A DNA stretch of 56,711 nucleotides, taken from positions 1 to 56,711 of the forward strand of contig JAGVXO010000009.1 of NCBI GenBank assembly GCA_018303755.1. Direction: 5' to 3'. Below, piece after piece: positions 37,720 through 46,531 of the stretch. The first letter of the stretch is position 1; the number at the start of each line of letters is the position of its first letter. Below the pieces are notes generated by a model. It ran no database searches, had not been told where the DNA came from, and saw only the letters and a program-made list of their open reading frames with translations. Position numbers and translations under genes: made by a program. Source of the stretch: Candidatus Pacearchaeota archaeon. GTDB taxonomy: Archaea; Nanobdellota; Nanobdellia; Pacearchaeales; GW2011-AR1.

Positions 37720-38088
37720 ATGAAGAAAAACAAAGAAGTAAAAATTGGAAAAGAAGAAAAACAGAATTCTTTAGCTTTGGCTCCTGAGATTTCTTTTAGA
37801 GGAAGAAAATTTGAAGGATATATAATAAGAAAATTTGACAATAGAATCACAATTGAATTTGAAAGAGTCAAATTCGTAAAAAAATACGAGAGATATGCAA
37901 AATTCAAGACAAAAATTCATGCAAGGCTTCTTCCACAATTTAAGGATGCAGTTAAGTTAGGCGATTATGTGCAGATTGCAGAATGCCGTCCGTTAAGCAA
38001 GATTATGCACCATATTTTTGTAAAAAAGATAAGAGACGCAGATGTTAAACAAAAAATCCCAGAAGTAAAGGAGGAAAATGCAAAATGA
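37720..38088 (+). CDS. rps17: 30S ribosomal protein S17
   Basis: KKYERY, GDYVQIAECRPLSK. Confidence 0.96.
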   Translation: MKKNKEVKIGKEEKQNSLALAPEISFRGRKFEGYIIRKFDNRITIEFERVKFVKKYERYAKFKTKIHARLLPQFKDAVKLGDYVQIAECRPLSKIMHHIFVKKIRDADVKQKIPEVKEENAK

Positions 38089-38486
38089 AACCAATTAGTG
38101 CAAAAGCAACAAGAGGGCTTAATATTGGAAGCCTGGTTGAAGCAGCTGACAACAGCGGAGCAAGAATAGTAAGAATAGTCTCTGTTAAACATGGAAAATC
38201 AACAAAAAAAAGACAGCAGTATGCAAAAATAGCTGACTGGGTAAAAGTCAGCGTCAGAAAAGGCAAGCCAGAAATGAAAGGCGAGGTTTTTGATGCAGTT
38301 GTTGTCCGCTTGAAAAAATCATGGAGAAGAAAAACAGGAGAAAGAATTGCATTCAGTGACAATGCAGTTGCTCTTTTAAAAGATGAAAAAGGAAATCCAA
38401 AAGGAACACAAATAAAGGGGGCTGTTGCAAGAGAGGTATTGGAAAGATGGTCAAGCGTGGCTAAATTAGCGAGGATAATTGTTTAA
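38085..38486 (+). CDS. rpl14: 50S ribosomal protein L14
   Basis: ADNSGAR, FSDNAVAL, PKGTQIKGAVARE. Confidence 0.97.
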   Translation: MKPISAKATRGLNIGSLVEAADNSGARIVRIVSVKHGKSTKKRQQYAKIADWVKVSVRKGKPEMKGEVFDAVVVRLKKSWRRKTGERIAFSDNAVALLKDEKGNPKGTQIKGAVAREVLERWSSVAKLARIIV

Positions 38487-38487
38487 A

Positions 38488-38958
38488 ATGAAAAAGAAAT
38501 TTTCAAATTCATGGGTTGGAAGCAGTCAGATAAGAAAGCAGAGGAAGTTCAGAGCAAATGCTCCACTGCATATAAAAAGCAAAATGATAAGCGCACACTT
38601 ATCAAAAGAATTGAGAAAAAAATACGGGAAAAGAAGTTTTTCATTGAGAAAAGGCGATGAAGTAAAAATAATGAAAGGTGCTTTTAAGAAAAAAACAGGA
38701 AAAATATCAATGGTTAATACAAAAAAAATGAAAGTTGCAATTGAGGAAATTCAGAGAAAAAAGAAAGACGGAACAAAAATAAATATTTTGTTTGATGCTT
38801 CAAATCTTCAGATACAGAGCTTGAATCTTGATGATAAAAAGAGAAATAATGCATTATCAAGAAAAGGAGCAGGAAAAGAGAAAAAAAGTGGAAGTTATGA
38901 AAAAAAGGAAAAATCAAATTTAAACAAAACTAAATCAGTATTAGTGGAGGAAAAATAA
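38488..38958 (+). CDS. rpl24: 50S ribosomal protein L24
   Basis: RKQRKFRANAPLH, RKGDEVKIMKG. Confidence 0.96.
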   Translation: MKKKFSNSWVGSSQIRKQRKFRANAPLHIKSKMISAHLSKELRKKYGKRSFSLRKGDEVKIMKGAFKKKTGKISMVNTKKMKVAIEEIQRKKKDGTKINILFDASNLQIQSLNLDDKKRNNALSRKGAGKEKKSGSYEKKEKSNLNKTKSVLVEEK

Positions 38959-38959
38959 A

Positions 38960-39601
38960 ATGCATACAACAAGAAGTTCAACAAGCAAAACCTGGCCAAT
39001 AGCGCGAAAAGGCACAAAATATGTTATAGTGCCCTCACACAATAAAAAGACAGGCATTCCTTTGCTTATTGTCCTGCGCGATGTTTTAAACGCTGTAAAA
39101 ACAAGAAAAGAGCTGAAAAAGGCGATTTATGAAAAAAAGATAATTGTCAATGGCAAAATTGTCAGAGATGACAAATGCACACTGGTGTTATTTGATGTCA
39201 TTTCAATACCTTCTGAGAAAAAGCATTACAGGATTTTTATTTCAGAAAATAAAAAAATCAGCGTAGAAGAGATTAGTGAAAAAGAATCAGCATTTAAAAC
39301 AGCCAAAGCAATTGGAAAAATATTATTAAAAAAAGCAGTTGTTCAGATAAACCTCAGCGATGGAAGAAATCTTATTTCAAATGAAAAAATAAGTACAGGA
39401 GATTCAGTTCTTATCCGGCTTTCTGATAATAAAATTGAAAAAATCCTTTCTGAAAAAAACGGCTCAGAAATACTCGTTATAAAAGGAAAATATATGGGAA
39501 AAAAAGGAATAATAAAGGAAATTAACAGCACAGAAGTAATTGTAAATTCAGAGGGGAAAGATATTAAAATCAAGTCAGAGGAGTTAATCGTTGTAAAATG
39601 A
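38960..39601 (+). CDS. rps4e: 30S ribosomal protein S4e
   Basis: WPIARK, IPLLIVLRD, QINLSDGRN. Confidence 0.93.
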   Translation: MHTTRSSTSKTWPIARKGTKYVIVPSHNKKTGIPLLIVLRDVLNAVKTRKELKKAIYEKKIIVNGKIVRDDKCTLVLFDVISIPSEKKHYRIFISENKKISVEEISEKESAFKTAKAIGKILLKKAVVQINLSDGRNLISNEKISTGDSVLIRLSDNKIEKILSEKNGSEILVIKGKYMGKKGIIKEINSTEVIVNSEGKDIKIKSEELIVVK

Positions 39602-40134
39602 AAAAAAATATAGAAACTAAAAAAATTGAAATTAAAGAAAATCCAATGAGAGAAGTATATATAGAAAAAATTGTTCTTTCGTGCAGTGGAGTCAGTGTAG
39701 AACTTGAGAAAGGAGAAAAATTGCTTAAGAAAATATCAAAGAAAACTCCGCTAAAAAAAGTTACAAGAAAAAGAATACCTGGATTTGGAATACGCCCAGG
39801 ATTAGAAGTAGGATGCATGGTTACTTTAAGAGGAGAAGAGGCGGCAAGCTTGTTAAAACGATTGTTTGCAGCAGTTGATAACAGGATAAGAAAAAAGCAA
39901 ATAGCAGTTAATCATTTTTCATTTGGAATAAAGGAGTACATTGAAATTCCTGGAGAAGAATATGACCGGGAAATAGGCACAATGGGATTTAATGTTACTG
40001 TTGTTTTTTCAAGAAAAGGCAAAAGAGTCGGCAGAAAAAAAATCAAGCATGGAAGAATCCCTGAAAAACAGGCTGTTTCAAGAGAAGAAATTCTTCATTT
40101 CCTTAAATTAAATTTTAATACAGAGGCACTATGA
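39598..40134 (+). CDS. rpl5: 50S ribosomal protein L5
   Basis: [31 protein letters not shown]. Confidence 0.97.
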   Translation: MKKNIETKKIEIKENPMREVYIEKIVLSCSGVSVELEKGEKLLKKISKKTPLKKVTRKRIPGFGIRPGLEVGCMVTLRGEEAASLLKRLFAAVDNRIRKKQIAVNHFSFGIKEYIEIPGEEYDREIGTMGFNVTVVFSRKGKRVGRKKIKHGRIPEKQAVSREEILHFLKLNFNTEAL

Positions 40135-40361
40135 CTGCAAGTGATTGGAGAAAAATATATAACATGCTGAAGTCAAAGCCAGTGATAGCCAAAAGATTCC
40201 TCAAACATTGCAAGCCAAAGGAAAGAACAACCGGAGTTGCGAGATTTAAATGCGAGAGATGCGGGCGGATTGGCGCAAGAGTTGGGCAGTACGGGCTTAA
40301 TTTCTGCAGGCAGTGCTTCAGGGAGATAGCAGAGGAGATAGGATTTAAAAAATACAATTAA
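40131..40361 (+). CDS. rps14: 30S ribosomal protein S14 (zinc type)
   Basis: CERCG...[17 protein letters not shown]. Confidence 0.96.
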   Translation: MTASDWRKIYNMLKSKPVIAKRFLKHCKPKERTTGVARFKCERCGRIGARVGQYGLNFCRQCFREIAEEIGFKKYN

Positions 40362-40365
40362 GAAA

Positions 40366-40533
40366 ATGGGAAATATAATAGGATATAAGGAACAGCAAGG
40401 AATTATAACTGATGCACCTACTCAAAGAGATTTAATTTTAATCCAAGAGAATCTTGATAGGGCAATGGAAATGCAAAGAAGATATTGGGAAGAGAAGAGC
40501 AGAGAGACGGGATTATATGGAGGGGATTATTAA
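40366..40533 (+). CDS. Orphan 55-aa ORF between rps14 and rps8
   Basis: Not in the ORF track; MGNIIGYKEQQGIITDAPTQRDLILIQENLDRAMEMQRRYWEEKSRETGLYGGDY; fills the gap with 4-bp and 1-bp spacers. Confidence 0.6.
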   Translation: MGNIIGYKEQQGIITDAPTQRDLILIQENLDRAMEMQRRYWEEKSRETGLYGGDY

Positions 40534-40534
40534 A

Positions 40535-40909
40535 ATGTCACAAGATTTAATTTCAGATACGCTGAACCAGATACTGAATGCCAAGAGAATAGGCAAAGAG
40601 CAGGTAGTTGTAAAAAGAGCATCAAAACTGCTTCTTAATGTGCTTGAAATTGCGCAGAAATACGAGTATATAAAAGATTTCAAAAAAACCGGGAAATCTA
40701 TTGAGATAATAATAGGCAATATAAACAACTGCGGAGCTGTAAAGCCAAGGTTTAATGTTACAAGAAAAACTCTCGAGAAATATATGAAAAGATATCTTCC
40801 GGCAAGGGATTTCGGAATACTTCTTATATCTACAAATCAGGGAGTTATGACTCATCAGGATTCGATTGAAAAAAAGACAGGAGGATGCCTTATAGCATAT
40901 TTTTACTAG
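40535..40909 (+). CDS. rps8: 30S ribosomal protein S8
   Basis: MSQDLISDTLNQILNA, CGAVKPRF, STNQGVMTH, GGCLIAY; start moved to 40535. Confidence 0.96.
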   Translation: MSQDLISDTLNQILNAKRIGKEQVVVKRASKLLLNVLEIAQKYEYIKDFKKTGKSIEIIIGNINNCGAVKPRFNVTRKTLEKYMKRYLPARDFGILLISTNQGVMTHQDSIEKKTGGCLIAYFY

Positions 40910-40912
40910 AAG

Positions 40913-41461
40913 ATGAAAAAAGAAATAAAAGAAAAACTTGAATTTCCAGAGGGAATTGATTTCGAAATAATAGGAAATATAATTCATGTAAAAGGAAGTG
41001 GAAAAGAATCAAAAATGAAGTTTAATATTGAAAACGTTTCAATAAAAAAACACGAAAATAATATTCTCATTGAGTCAAAAAAAGCGACAAAAAAAGAGCT
41101 TAAAATGATTAACACATTTATTGCACATGTTAAAAATATGATAAAAGGAATTAAAGAGGAATTTATTTACAAGCTCGAAATATGCTATGTTCATTTTCCA
41201 ATGACTTTGGAAGTTGACAAGGCAAAAGGGCTTGTTATAATAAAAAATTTTCTCGGAGAGAAAAAGCCGAGAACTTCAAAAATTTTGAAAGGTGCAGAGA
41301 TTGTTATTGAGAAAAATAAAATAATTGTCAGCTCTAACAGCAAAGAAATTGCAGGGCAGACTGCTGCAAATCTTGAAAAAGCAACATGGGTTAGAAACCG
41401 GGACAGGAGAAAATTTCAGGATGGGATATTTATGACAGAAAAATGCGGGAGGCACATATAA
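40913..41461 (+). CDS. rpl6: 50S ribosomal protein L6
   Basis: YVHFPM, NFLGEK, RDRRKFQDGI. Confidence 0.96.
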   Translation: MKKEIKEKLEFPEGIDFEIIGNIIHVKGSGKESKMKFNIENVSIKKHENNILIESKKATKKELKMINTFIAHVKNMIKGIKEEFIYKLEICYVHFPMTLEVDKAKGLVIIKNFLGEKKPRTSKILKGAEIVIEKNKIIVSSNSKEIAGQTAANLEKATWVRNRDRRKFQDGIFMTEKCGRHI

Positions 41462-41865
41462 TGGCAAAGAAAAAAGCCCCTAAATTTTTAAGAAGAAATA
41501 CAACCAAATACCTTCGACTTGGAAAGAGAAGAAAAAAATTGCAGAAATGGACAAGCCCGAGAGGGCGCGACAATAAAATGCGCATTATGCGAAAAGGATA
41601 TCCTGCTATTGTAAGAGTTGGATATAAAAATGAAATTACTTCAAGAGGGCTTATTGAAGGAAAAATTCCAGTAGTTGTAAGAAATGTTTCAGAATTGCTG
41701 CAGATTTCAGATAATAATATTGCAGTAATAGGCAGAGTCGGAGCAAAAAAAAGAAAAGAAATTGCAAAGGCAATTAAAGAAAAAAACATTCCTGTTGCAA
41801 ATCTTAATGTGAATAAAATACTTGCAGAAAAAGAGAATAAATTTGAAGGAGAAAACGCAAAATGA
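41461..41865 (+). CDS. rpl32e: 50S ribosomal protein L32e
   Basis: PKFLR, WTSPRGRDNKMR, VRVGY. Confidence 0.94.
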   Translation: MAKKKAPKFLRRNTTKYLRLGKRRKKLQKWTSPRGRDNKMRIMRKGYPAIVRVGYKNEITSRGLIEGKIPVVVRNVSELLQISDNNIAVIGRVGAKKRKEIAKAIKEKNIPVANLNVNKILAEKENKFEGENAK

Positions 41866-42257
41866 ATTTGAAACCAAAGAAAAAACTTGCTGTGAAAGTT
41901 CTTGGAGTTGGTGCTGAGAGAATAAAATTCAATTCAGAAAGAATCAATGAAATAAAAGAAGCAATTACAAGGCAGGATATAAAGGAGCTTGTTAAGAGCG
42001 GGGCAATAGAGATAATTTCTGCAAAAGGAAGAAAAAAAATAGTCAAAAGAACAACAAGAAGAAGGGCTGGAAAAGTAAAGAAAAAGATTAAAAACAGAAA
42101 ACAGAATTATGTAAAACTAACGCGAAAATTAAGAAGATATATTAAGGAGCTTAAATCTCATGGAGGAATTGAAGAAAAGAAATACCTCGCATTGAGGAAT
42201 TCAATAAAAAACAGTGAGTTTAGGAGCAAACAGCATCTTAAGGAGTTATTAAAATGA
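41862..42257 (+). CDS. rpl19e: 50S ribosomal protein L19e
   Basis: KKLAVKVLGVG..RI, EAITRQDI. Confidence 0.94.
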   Translation: MNLKPKKKLAVKVLGVGAERIKFNSERINEIKEAITRQDIKELVKSGAIEIISAKGRKKIVKRTTRRRAGKVKKKIKNRKQNYVKLTRKLRRYIKELKSHGGIEEKKYLALRNSIKNSEFRSKQHLKELLK

Positions 42258-42760
42258 AAACCCCAAGAAAAAGAAGAATTCAGTCAAAAACAGATTATAG
42301 AAAAAGAATGGCATTTTTAAAATCAGGTAAGCCAAGAATTGTAGTCAGGCGGACGAATAAATACCTGATTATTCAGTATGTTAAGAGTGTAGAGTCAAAA
42401 GATTCCGTTATCCTTGGAATTACCTCAAAAGAACTTCTCAAATATGGCTGGCCTAAAACTTCTTTAGGTTCGCTGAAATCAATAACTGCGGCATATCTTG
42501 CAGGATATCTTGCAGGAAGAAAAATAGTTAAAAAAGAAAAAAAACATTCAGCCATAGCAGACATAGGGATTCATAGGAATGTTCATGGAAGCAGGATATA
42601 TTCAGCAATAAAAGGAATTGTCGATGCAGGAGTGAATCTATCCTATGATAATAGTGTGGCGCCGTCTGAAGACAGAATTAAAGGCAGGCATTTGAGTTCA
42701 GAGGCAAAAAATGTTTTTGAAAAAGTTAAAGAGGCAATTGATAAACAGGAGCAGAAATGA
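42254..42760 (+). CDS. rpl18: 50S ribosomal protein L18
   Basis: KTDYRKR..LKSGKPRIVVRRTN, AAYLAG. Confidence 0.96.
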   Translation: MKTPRKRRIQSKTDYRKRMAFLKSGKPRIVVRRTNKYLIIQYVKSVESKDSVILGITSKELLKYGWPKTSLGSLKSITAAYLAGYLAGRKIVKKEKKHSAIADIGIHRNVHGSRIYSAIKGIVDAGVNLSYDNSVAPSEDRIKGRHLSSEAKNVFEKVKEAIDKQEQK

Positions 42761-43569
42761 GCGAAAAAAAATCAATCGAGAAAAAAGCAGAAAAAATTCT
42801 GGAAATTGTACCAGAAGAGATACTTGAAGCGCCCGTAGAAGAAATTTTAAAAGAAGCAGTTGCAACACCTGAAGAAAAAAGGGAAATATTTGGAGAACGC
42901 GGCAGACGCAGAAGAAAATCAGAGCAGGAGCTTGCAGAAGAAAGAGTTTCAAGCTGGGCGCCTAAAACCAAACTTGGAAAGCTTGTTAAATCTGGAAAAA
43001 TAACAGACATTGATGAAATTCTCGATAGAAAAATGAGAATCCTAGAGCCGGAAATTACAGAATCACTTTTAAGGCTTGAGAGTGAGCTTCTTTTTACAGG
43101 GCAGTCAAAAGGAAAATTCGGAGGAGGAAAAAGAAGAGCGTGGAGGCAGACACAGAAAAAAACAAAAGAAGGCAATGTTGTGACTTTTTCTGCATTTGTA
43201 GTTGTAGGAGATAAAAATGGGCATGTCGGGCTTGGATTTGGAAAAGCAAAAGAAACTCTTCCTGCAAGGGAAAAAGCAATAAGGCGCGCGAAAACAAATA
43301 TAATAAAATTTAGAAGAGGTTCTGGAAGTTTTGAGGGCTCTTCATCTGAACTCCACAGCATTCCGTTCAGAGTTACAGGCAAATGTGCAGGTTCAAAAAT
43401 TATTCTTATTCCTGCTCCACAGGGAACAGGGCTTGTAATAGGGGATGAAGGAAAAAAAGTTCTTCGCCTTGCTGGAATAAAAGATATTTACAGCCAGTCA
43501 TTTGGACAGACAAGAACAACAATAAACTTCATAAAGGCAATAATGAATGCATTGGAGAAGTTGAAATGA
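42757..43569 (+). CDS. rps5: 30S ribosomal protein S5
   Basis: WAPKTKLGKLV, VVVGDKNGHVGLG, PAPQGTGL. Confidence 0.96.
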   Translation: MSEKKSIEKKAEKILEIVPEEILEAPVEEILKEAVATPEEKREIFGERGRRRRKSEQELAEERVSSWAPKTKLGKLVKSGKITDIDEILDRKMRILEPEITESLLRLESELLFTGQSKGKFGGGKRRAWRQTQKKTKEGNVVTFSAFVVVGDKNGHVGLGFGKAKETLPAREKAIRRAKTNIIKFRRGSGSFEGSSSELHSIPFRVTGKCAGSKIILIPAPQGTGLVIGDEGKKVLRLAGIKDIYSQSFGQTRTTINFIKAIMNALEKLK

Positions 43570-43982
43570 TAGCAGTAATAAGAATTCATGGGATGGTTGA
43601 TATGAACGAACGTTTAGAGAATACTCTTTCAAGAATGCGATTAAGAAGAAAATATGCCTGCACTCTTATTCCTGAAAATAAAGTCACTCTCGGAATGCTT
43701 AAAAAAGTGAGAAGCTTTGTTGCATATGGAGATATAAATGATGAAACACTTGTTGAACTTATTGCCAAAAGAGGAAAGTTGTTGGATAAAACAAAAAAAA
43801 TCGATGCAAAAAAAATTGCAGAATTAATCCAGAAAAATGAAAATTTTGAAGATACAGGAATAAAGCCGTTTTTCCGTCTTCATCCGCCGAGAAAAGGGAT
43901 AAACTCAAAACAGCATTTTCCAAAAGGCGTTTTGGGAAATCATAGAGAAAAAATAAATGATTTGCTCAGGAGGATGTTGTAA
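43566..43982 (+). CDS. rpl30: 50S ribosomal protein L30
   Basis: MIAVIRIHG, GMLKKV, FFRLHPPRKG. Confidence 0.96.
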   Translation: MIAVIRIHGMVDMNERLENTLSRMRLRRKYACTLIPENKVTLGMLKKVRSFVAYGDINDETLVELIAKRGKLLDKTKKIDAKKIAELIQKNENFEDTGIKPFFRLHPPRKGINSKQHFPKGVLGNHREKINDLLRRML

Positions 43983-43983
43983 A

Positions 43984-44403
43984 ATGCGCCTTCACAAAAA
44001 AAGAAAAAAAGTTTCGAGAATGCACGGAAGCCATACTCATGGAAGGGGTGGAATGAAAAAAGCAAGGGGCTCTGGGCATAGAGGAGGAAAAGGAATGGCT
44101 GGAACAGGAAAAAGAGCAGACCAGAAAAAAACACTTATCCTTAATATGCCTGAAAAGTATTTTGGAAAAGATTCTCTTAAGCCAAAGCCTAAAAACTATG
44201 GAGTTATTAATATTAAAGACATTGAAAAGCGCGCAAATGGAAAAAGCGAAGTTGATTTAAGCAATTTTAAACTTCTTGGTTCAGGAGAAATAACCTTTCC
44301 TGTAACTCTGAAAGTTTATTCTGCTTCAAAGTCAGCTGTTAAGAAAATTGAAAAAGCAGGCGGAAAGGTGATAGTGAAATATGGACATAAAGAATCTTCT
44401 TAA
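43984..44403 (+). CDS. rpl15: 50S ribosomal protein L15
   Basis: RMHGSHTHGRG, RGSGHRGGKGMAG, KIEKAGG. Confidence 0.96.
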   Translation: MRLHKKRKKVSRMHGSHTHGRGGMKKARGSGHRGGKGMAGTGKRADQKKTLILNMPEKYFGKDSLKPKPKNYGVINIKDIEKRANGKSEVDLSNFKLLGSGEITFPVTLKVYSASKSAVKKIEKAGGKVIVKYGHKESS

Positions 44404-45742
44404 GCATCTTCCTGAGATTGAACCTCCTCCAGAGAAGAAAGTTGGATTTGGAATTAAGTTAAAATGGACAATAATTATACTCGTGGCTTTTTTTATTCTC
44501 GCGAATATTTCTCTTTATGGACTTTCAAATAATGCTTTGGCAAGATTTGAAAATCTTGCAGTTATTCTCGGAACAGATTTTGGAAGCATAATTTCATTGG
44601 GTATCGGGCCAATTGTTATGGCATCAATTATTCTTCAGCTTCTTGTAGGAAGTCAGCTTCTTGAAATTGATACAAAAACAAGCGAAGGAAAAAAATACTT
44701 TCAGGGGTTGCAGAAGGTGCTGGTTTTTTTCTTTATTCTTTTTGAAGCTTCAATTTATGTTCTTATGAAAGGGCTGGAAGCAGTTCCTGGATATGAATGG
44801 CTGGTAATTCTTCAGCTTTGCCTAGGTGGGCTTGCAATAGTTTTTATGGATGAGCTTTCAACAAAATGGGGATTTGGTTCAGGAGTTTCTCTTTTTATCG
44901 CAGCAGGAATAAGCTGGAGATTATTTACAACACTATTCCAATTTATTGATACTCAAGGAAGTTTTGCAGCAACAGGAAAAGTTCTTGTTTTAATCAATTC
45001 ATTAATTTCAGGAAATCCAACAGGAGCATATCTTGCAGGCGCTGCAATTGTTGTGACAATATTAATTTTTCTTGCTGTTGTTTGGGCTCAGTCGCTGAAA
45101 ATAGAAATTCCTCTTTCATTTGACAGATTAAGAGGATATGGAATAAAATGGCCTTTGGCATTTTTTTATACTTCAGTTATGCCGGTTATTTTAGTTTCTG
45201 CACTTCTTGCAAATCTTCAACTTGGCGCAAGTCTTCTTGAAACCTGGCTCGGACATCCAACATTCCTTGGCGGATTTTCAAACGGCTCTCCTGTTTCTGG
45301 TTTTGCATTCTGGGTTGCAGGGGTTGATATTCTACAAAGCACTTTGACAGGAAGCTTTACAAAGGTTATGCTTTTGCAGGCATTGTTCCATACATTGTTT
45401 TATGTTTCTTTCAGTGTATTATTTGCAATCTTTTGGGTTAAAACAAGCGGGATGGATGCGCAAAGCCAGGCAAAGAATATTATGAATTCTGGGCTTACAA
45501 TTCCTGGCTTTAGAAAAGACGAGAGAATTTTAGAATCTGTCTTGGAAAGATATATTTTTCCATTGACCGTTATGGGAGGTGCAGCAATTGGAATTCTTGC
45601 ATCTGTTTCAAATGCAGTAGGAACTCTTGTTTCAGGAACAGCAATACTTCTGGTAATTATGATTATGTATCAAATGTATCAGAACATCGCGCAGCAGCAT
45701 TCAGTTGATATGTTCCCTGCGCTTAAGAAGATAATAAAGTGA
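44381..45742 (+). CDS. secY: Protein translocase SecY
   Basis: LGIGPIVMASII, KWGFGSGVSLFIAAG, IPGFR.D, SGTAILL. Confidence 0.97.
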   Translation: MDIKNLLKHLPEIEPPPEKKVGFGIKLKWTIIILVAFFILANISLYGLSNNALARFENLAVILGTDFGSIISLGIGPIVMASIILQLLVGSQLLEIDTKTSEGKKYFQGLQKVLVFFFILFEASIYVLMKGLEAVPGYEWLVILQLCLGGLAIVFMDELSTKWGFGSGVSLFIAAGISWRLFTTLFQFIDTQGSFAATGKVLVLINSLISGNPTGAYLAGAAIVVTILIFLAVVWAQSLKIEIPLSFDRLRGYGIKWPLAFFYTSVMPVILVSALLANLQLGASLLETWLGHPTFLGGFSNGSPVSGFAFWVAGVDILQSTLTGSFTKVMLLQALFHTLFYVSFSVLFAIFWVKTSGMDAQSQAKNIMNSGLTIPGFRKDERILESVLERYIFPLTVMGGAAIGILASVSNAVGTLVSGTAILLVIMIMYQMYQNIAQQHSVDMFPALKKIIK

Positions 45743-45768
45743 TTTTACCTTTAGGGTAAATAGATAAA

Positions 45769-46530
45769 ATGAAAATAGAAACAAGAAATAAAGTTAAGGA
45801 ATTAATTAAAAGAGTCATTTTATTAAAAATAGAGAATTATAACGCTGAAACAGAATATAGACCATTTTTTCAAGCAATTTTCACAAAAGAACAAGTTTTA
45901 ACACACACAATTATTCATTCATTTTATACCACGTTTGGAATTTCAATATATGAACAATTAGCAAAAGTCCTTGCAGAAGGTGCGGGATATGAAGCGTATA
46001 CTCAATATGATTTGTTAGGTGAAATTGATAATAGAACAGAAGCAATAATTTCGAAGATAGATATGGAATTAAGAAGCAATAAAAGAAGGCCAGATATGGA
46101 ATTGGAATTTGAAGAGATAAAAAATTCTATTCAAAAAGGAAAACTCCTACAAGACCCAGATAAAAGGGTAGATATTTTCATAAAGAAAAAAGATGGAACC
46201 GAGGCATATTTTGATATTACCTCACCTAAACCTAATATAAAAGAGTTTGTTGCACTCAAAAAGAAGCTTTTAATATGGATTGGACTAAGATTAAGTGCAG
46301 ATAAGAATACGAGAGTTATAGTTGCTTTAGGATTACCTTATAATCCTTATTATCCAAAACCTTACAAAAGATGGACTACGAGAAACATGTATGATTCCTG
46401 CCAATTAATGGTTGGTGAAGATTTTTGGAATTTTGTAGCAGGAGAAGAGATTTATGATGAATTTATAGAAATCTTTAAAGAAATTGGGGAAGAATTACGA
46501 GAGGAAATAAAAGAAATTGCAAAAAAATAA
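45769..46530 (+). CDS. Type II restriction endonuclease (resembles the TdeIII/MjaII type)
   Basis: HSFYTTFG.SIYEQ, PD-(D/E)xK-like VDIFI...YFDITSPKPN, PYNPY, GEDFWNFV; convergent with a methyltransferase. Confidence 0.75.
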   Translation: MKIETRNKVKELIKRVILLKIENYNAETEYRPFFQAIFTKEQVLTHTIIHSFYTTFGISIYEQLAKVLAEGAGYEAYTQYDLLGEIDNRTEAIISKIDMELRSNKRRPDMELEFEEIKNSIQKGKLLQDPDKRVDIFIKKKDGTEAYFDITSPKPNIKEFVALKKKLLIWIGLRLSADKNTRVIVALGLPYNPYYPKPYKRWTTRNMYDSCQLMVGEDFWNFVAGEEIYDEFIEIFKEIGEELREEIKEIAKK

Positions 46531-46531
46531 A

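Noticed and set aside
40454-40534. N-terminal extension of S8
   Set aside because: S8 homology starts at MSQD (40535); the upstream DNA is better explained by the separate ORF 40366-40533.
32187-44134. Numerous minus-strand ORFs across the ribosomal operon, and similar antisense ORFs elsewhere
   Set aside because: They are antisense shadows of clearly identified genes, with F/S/L/I-rich composition and no motifs.
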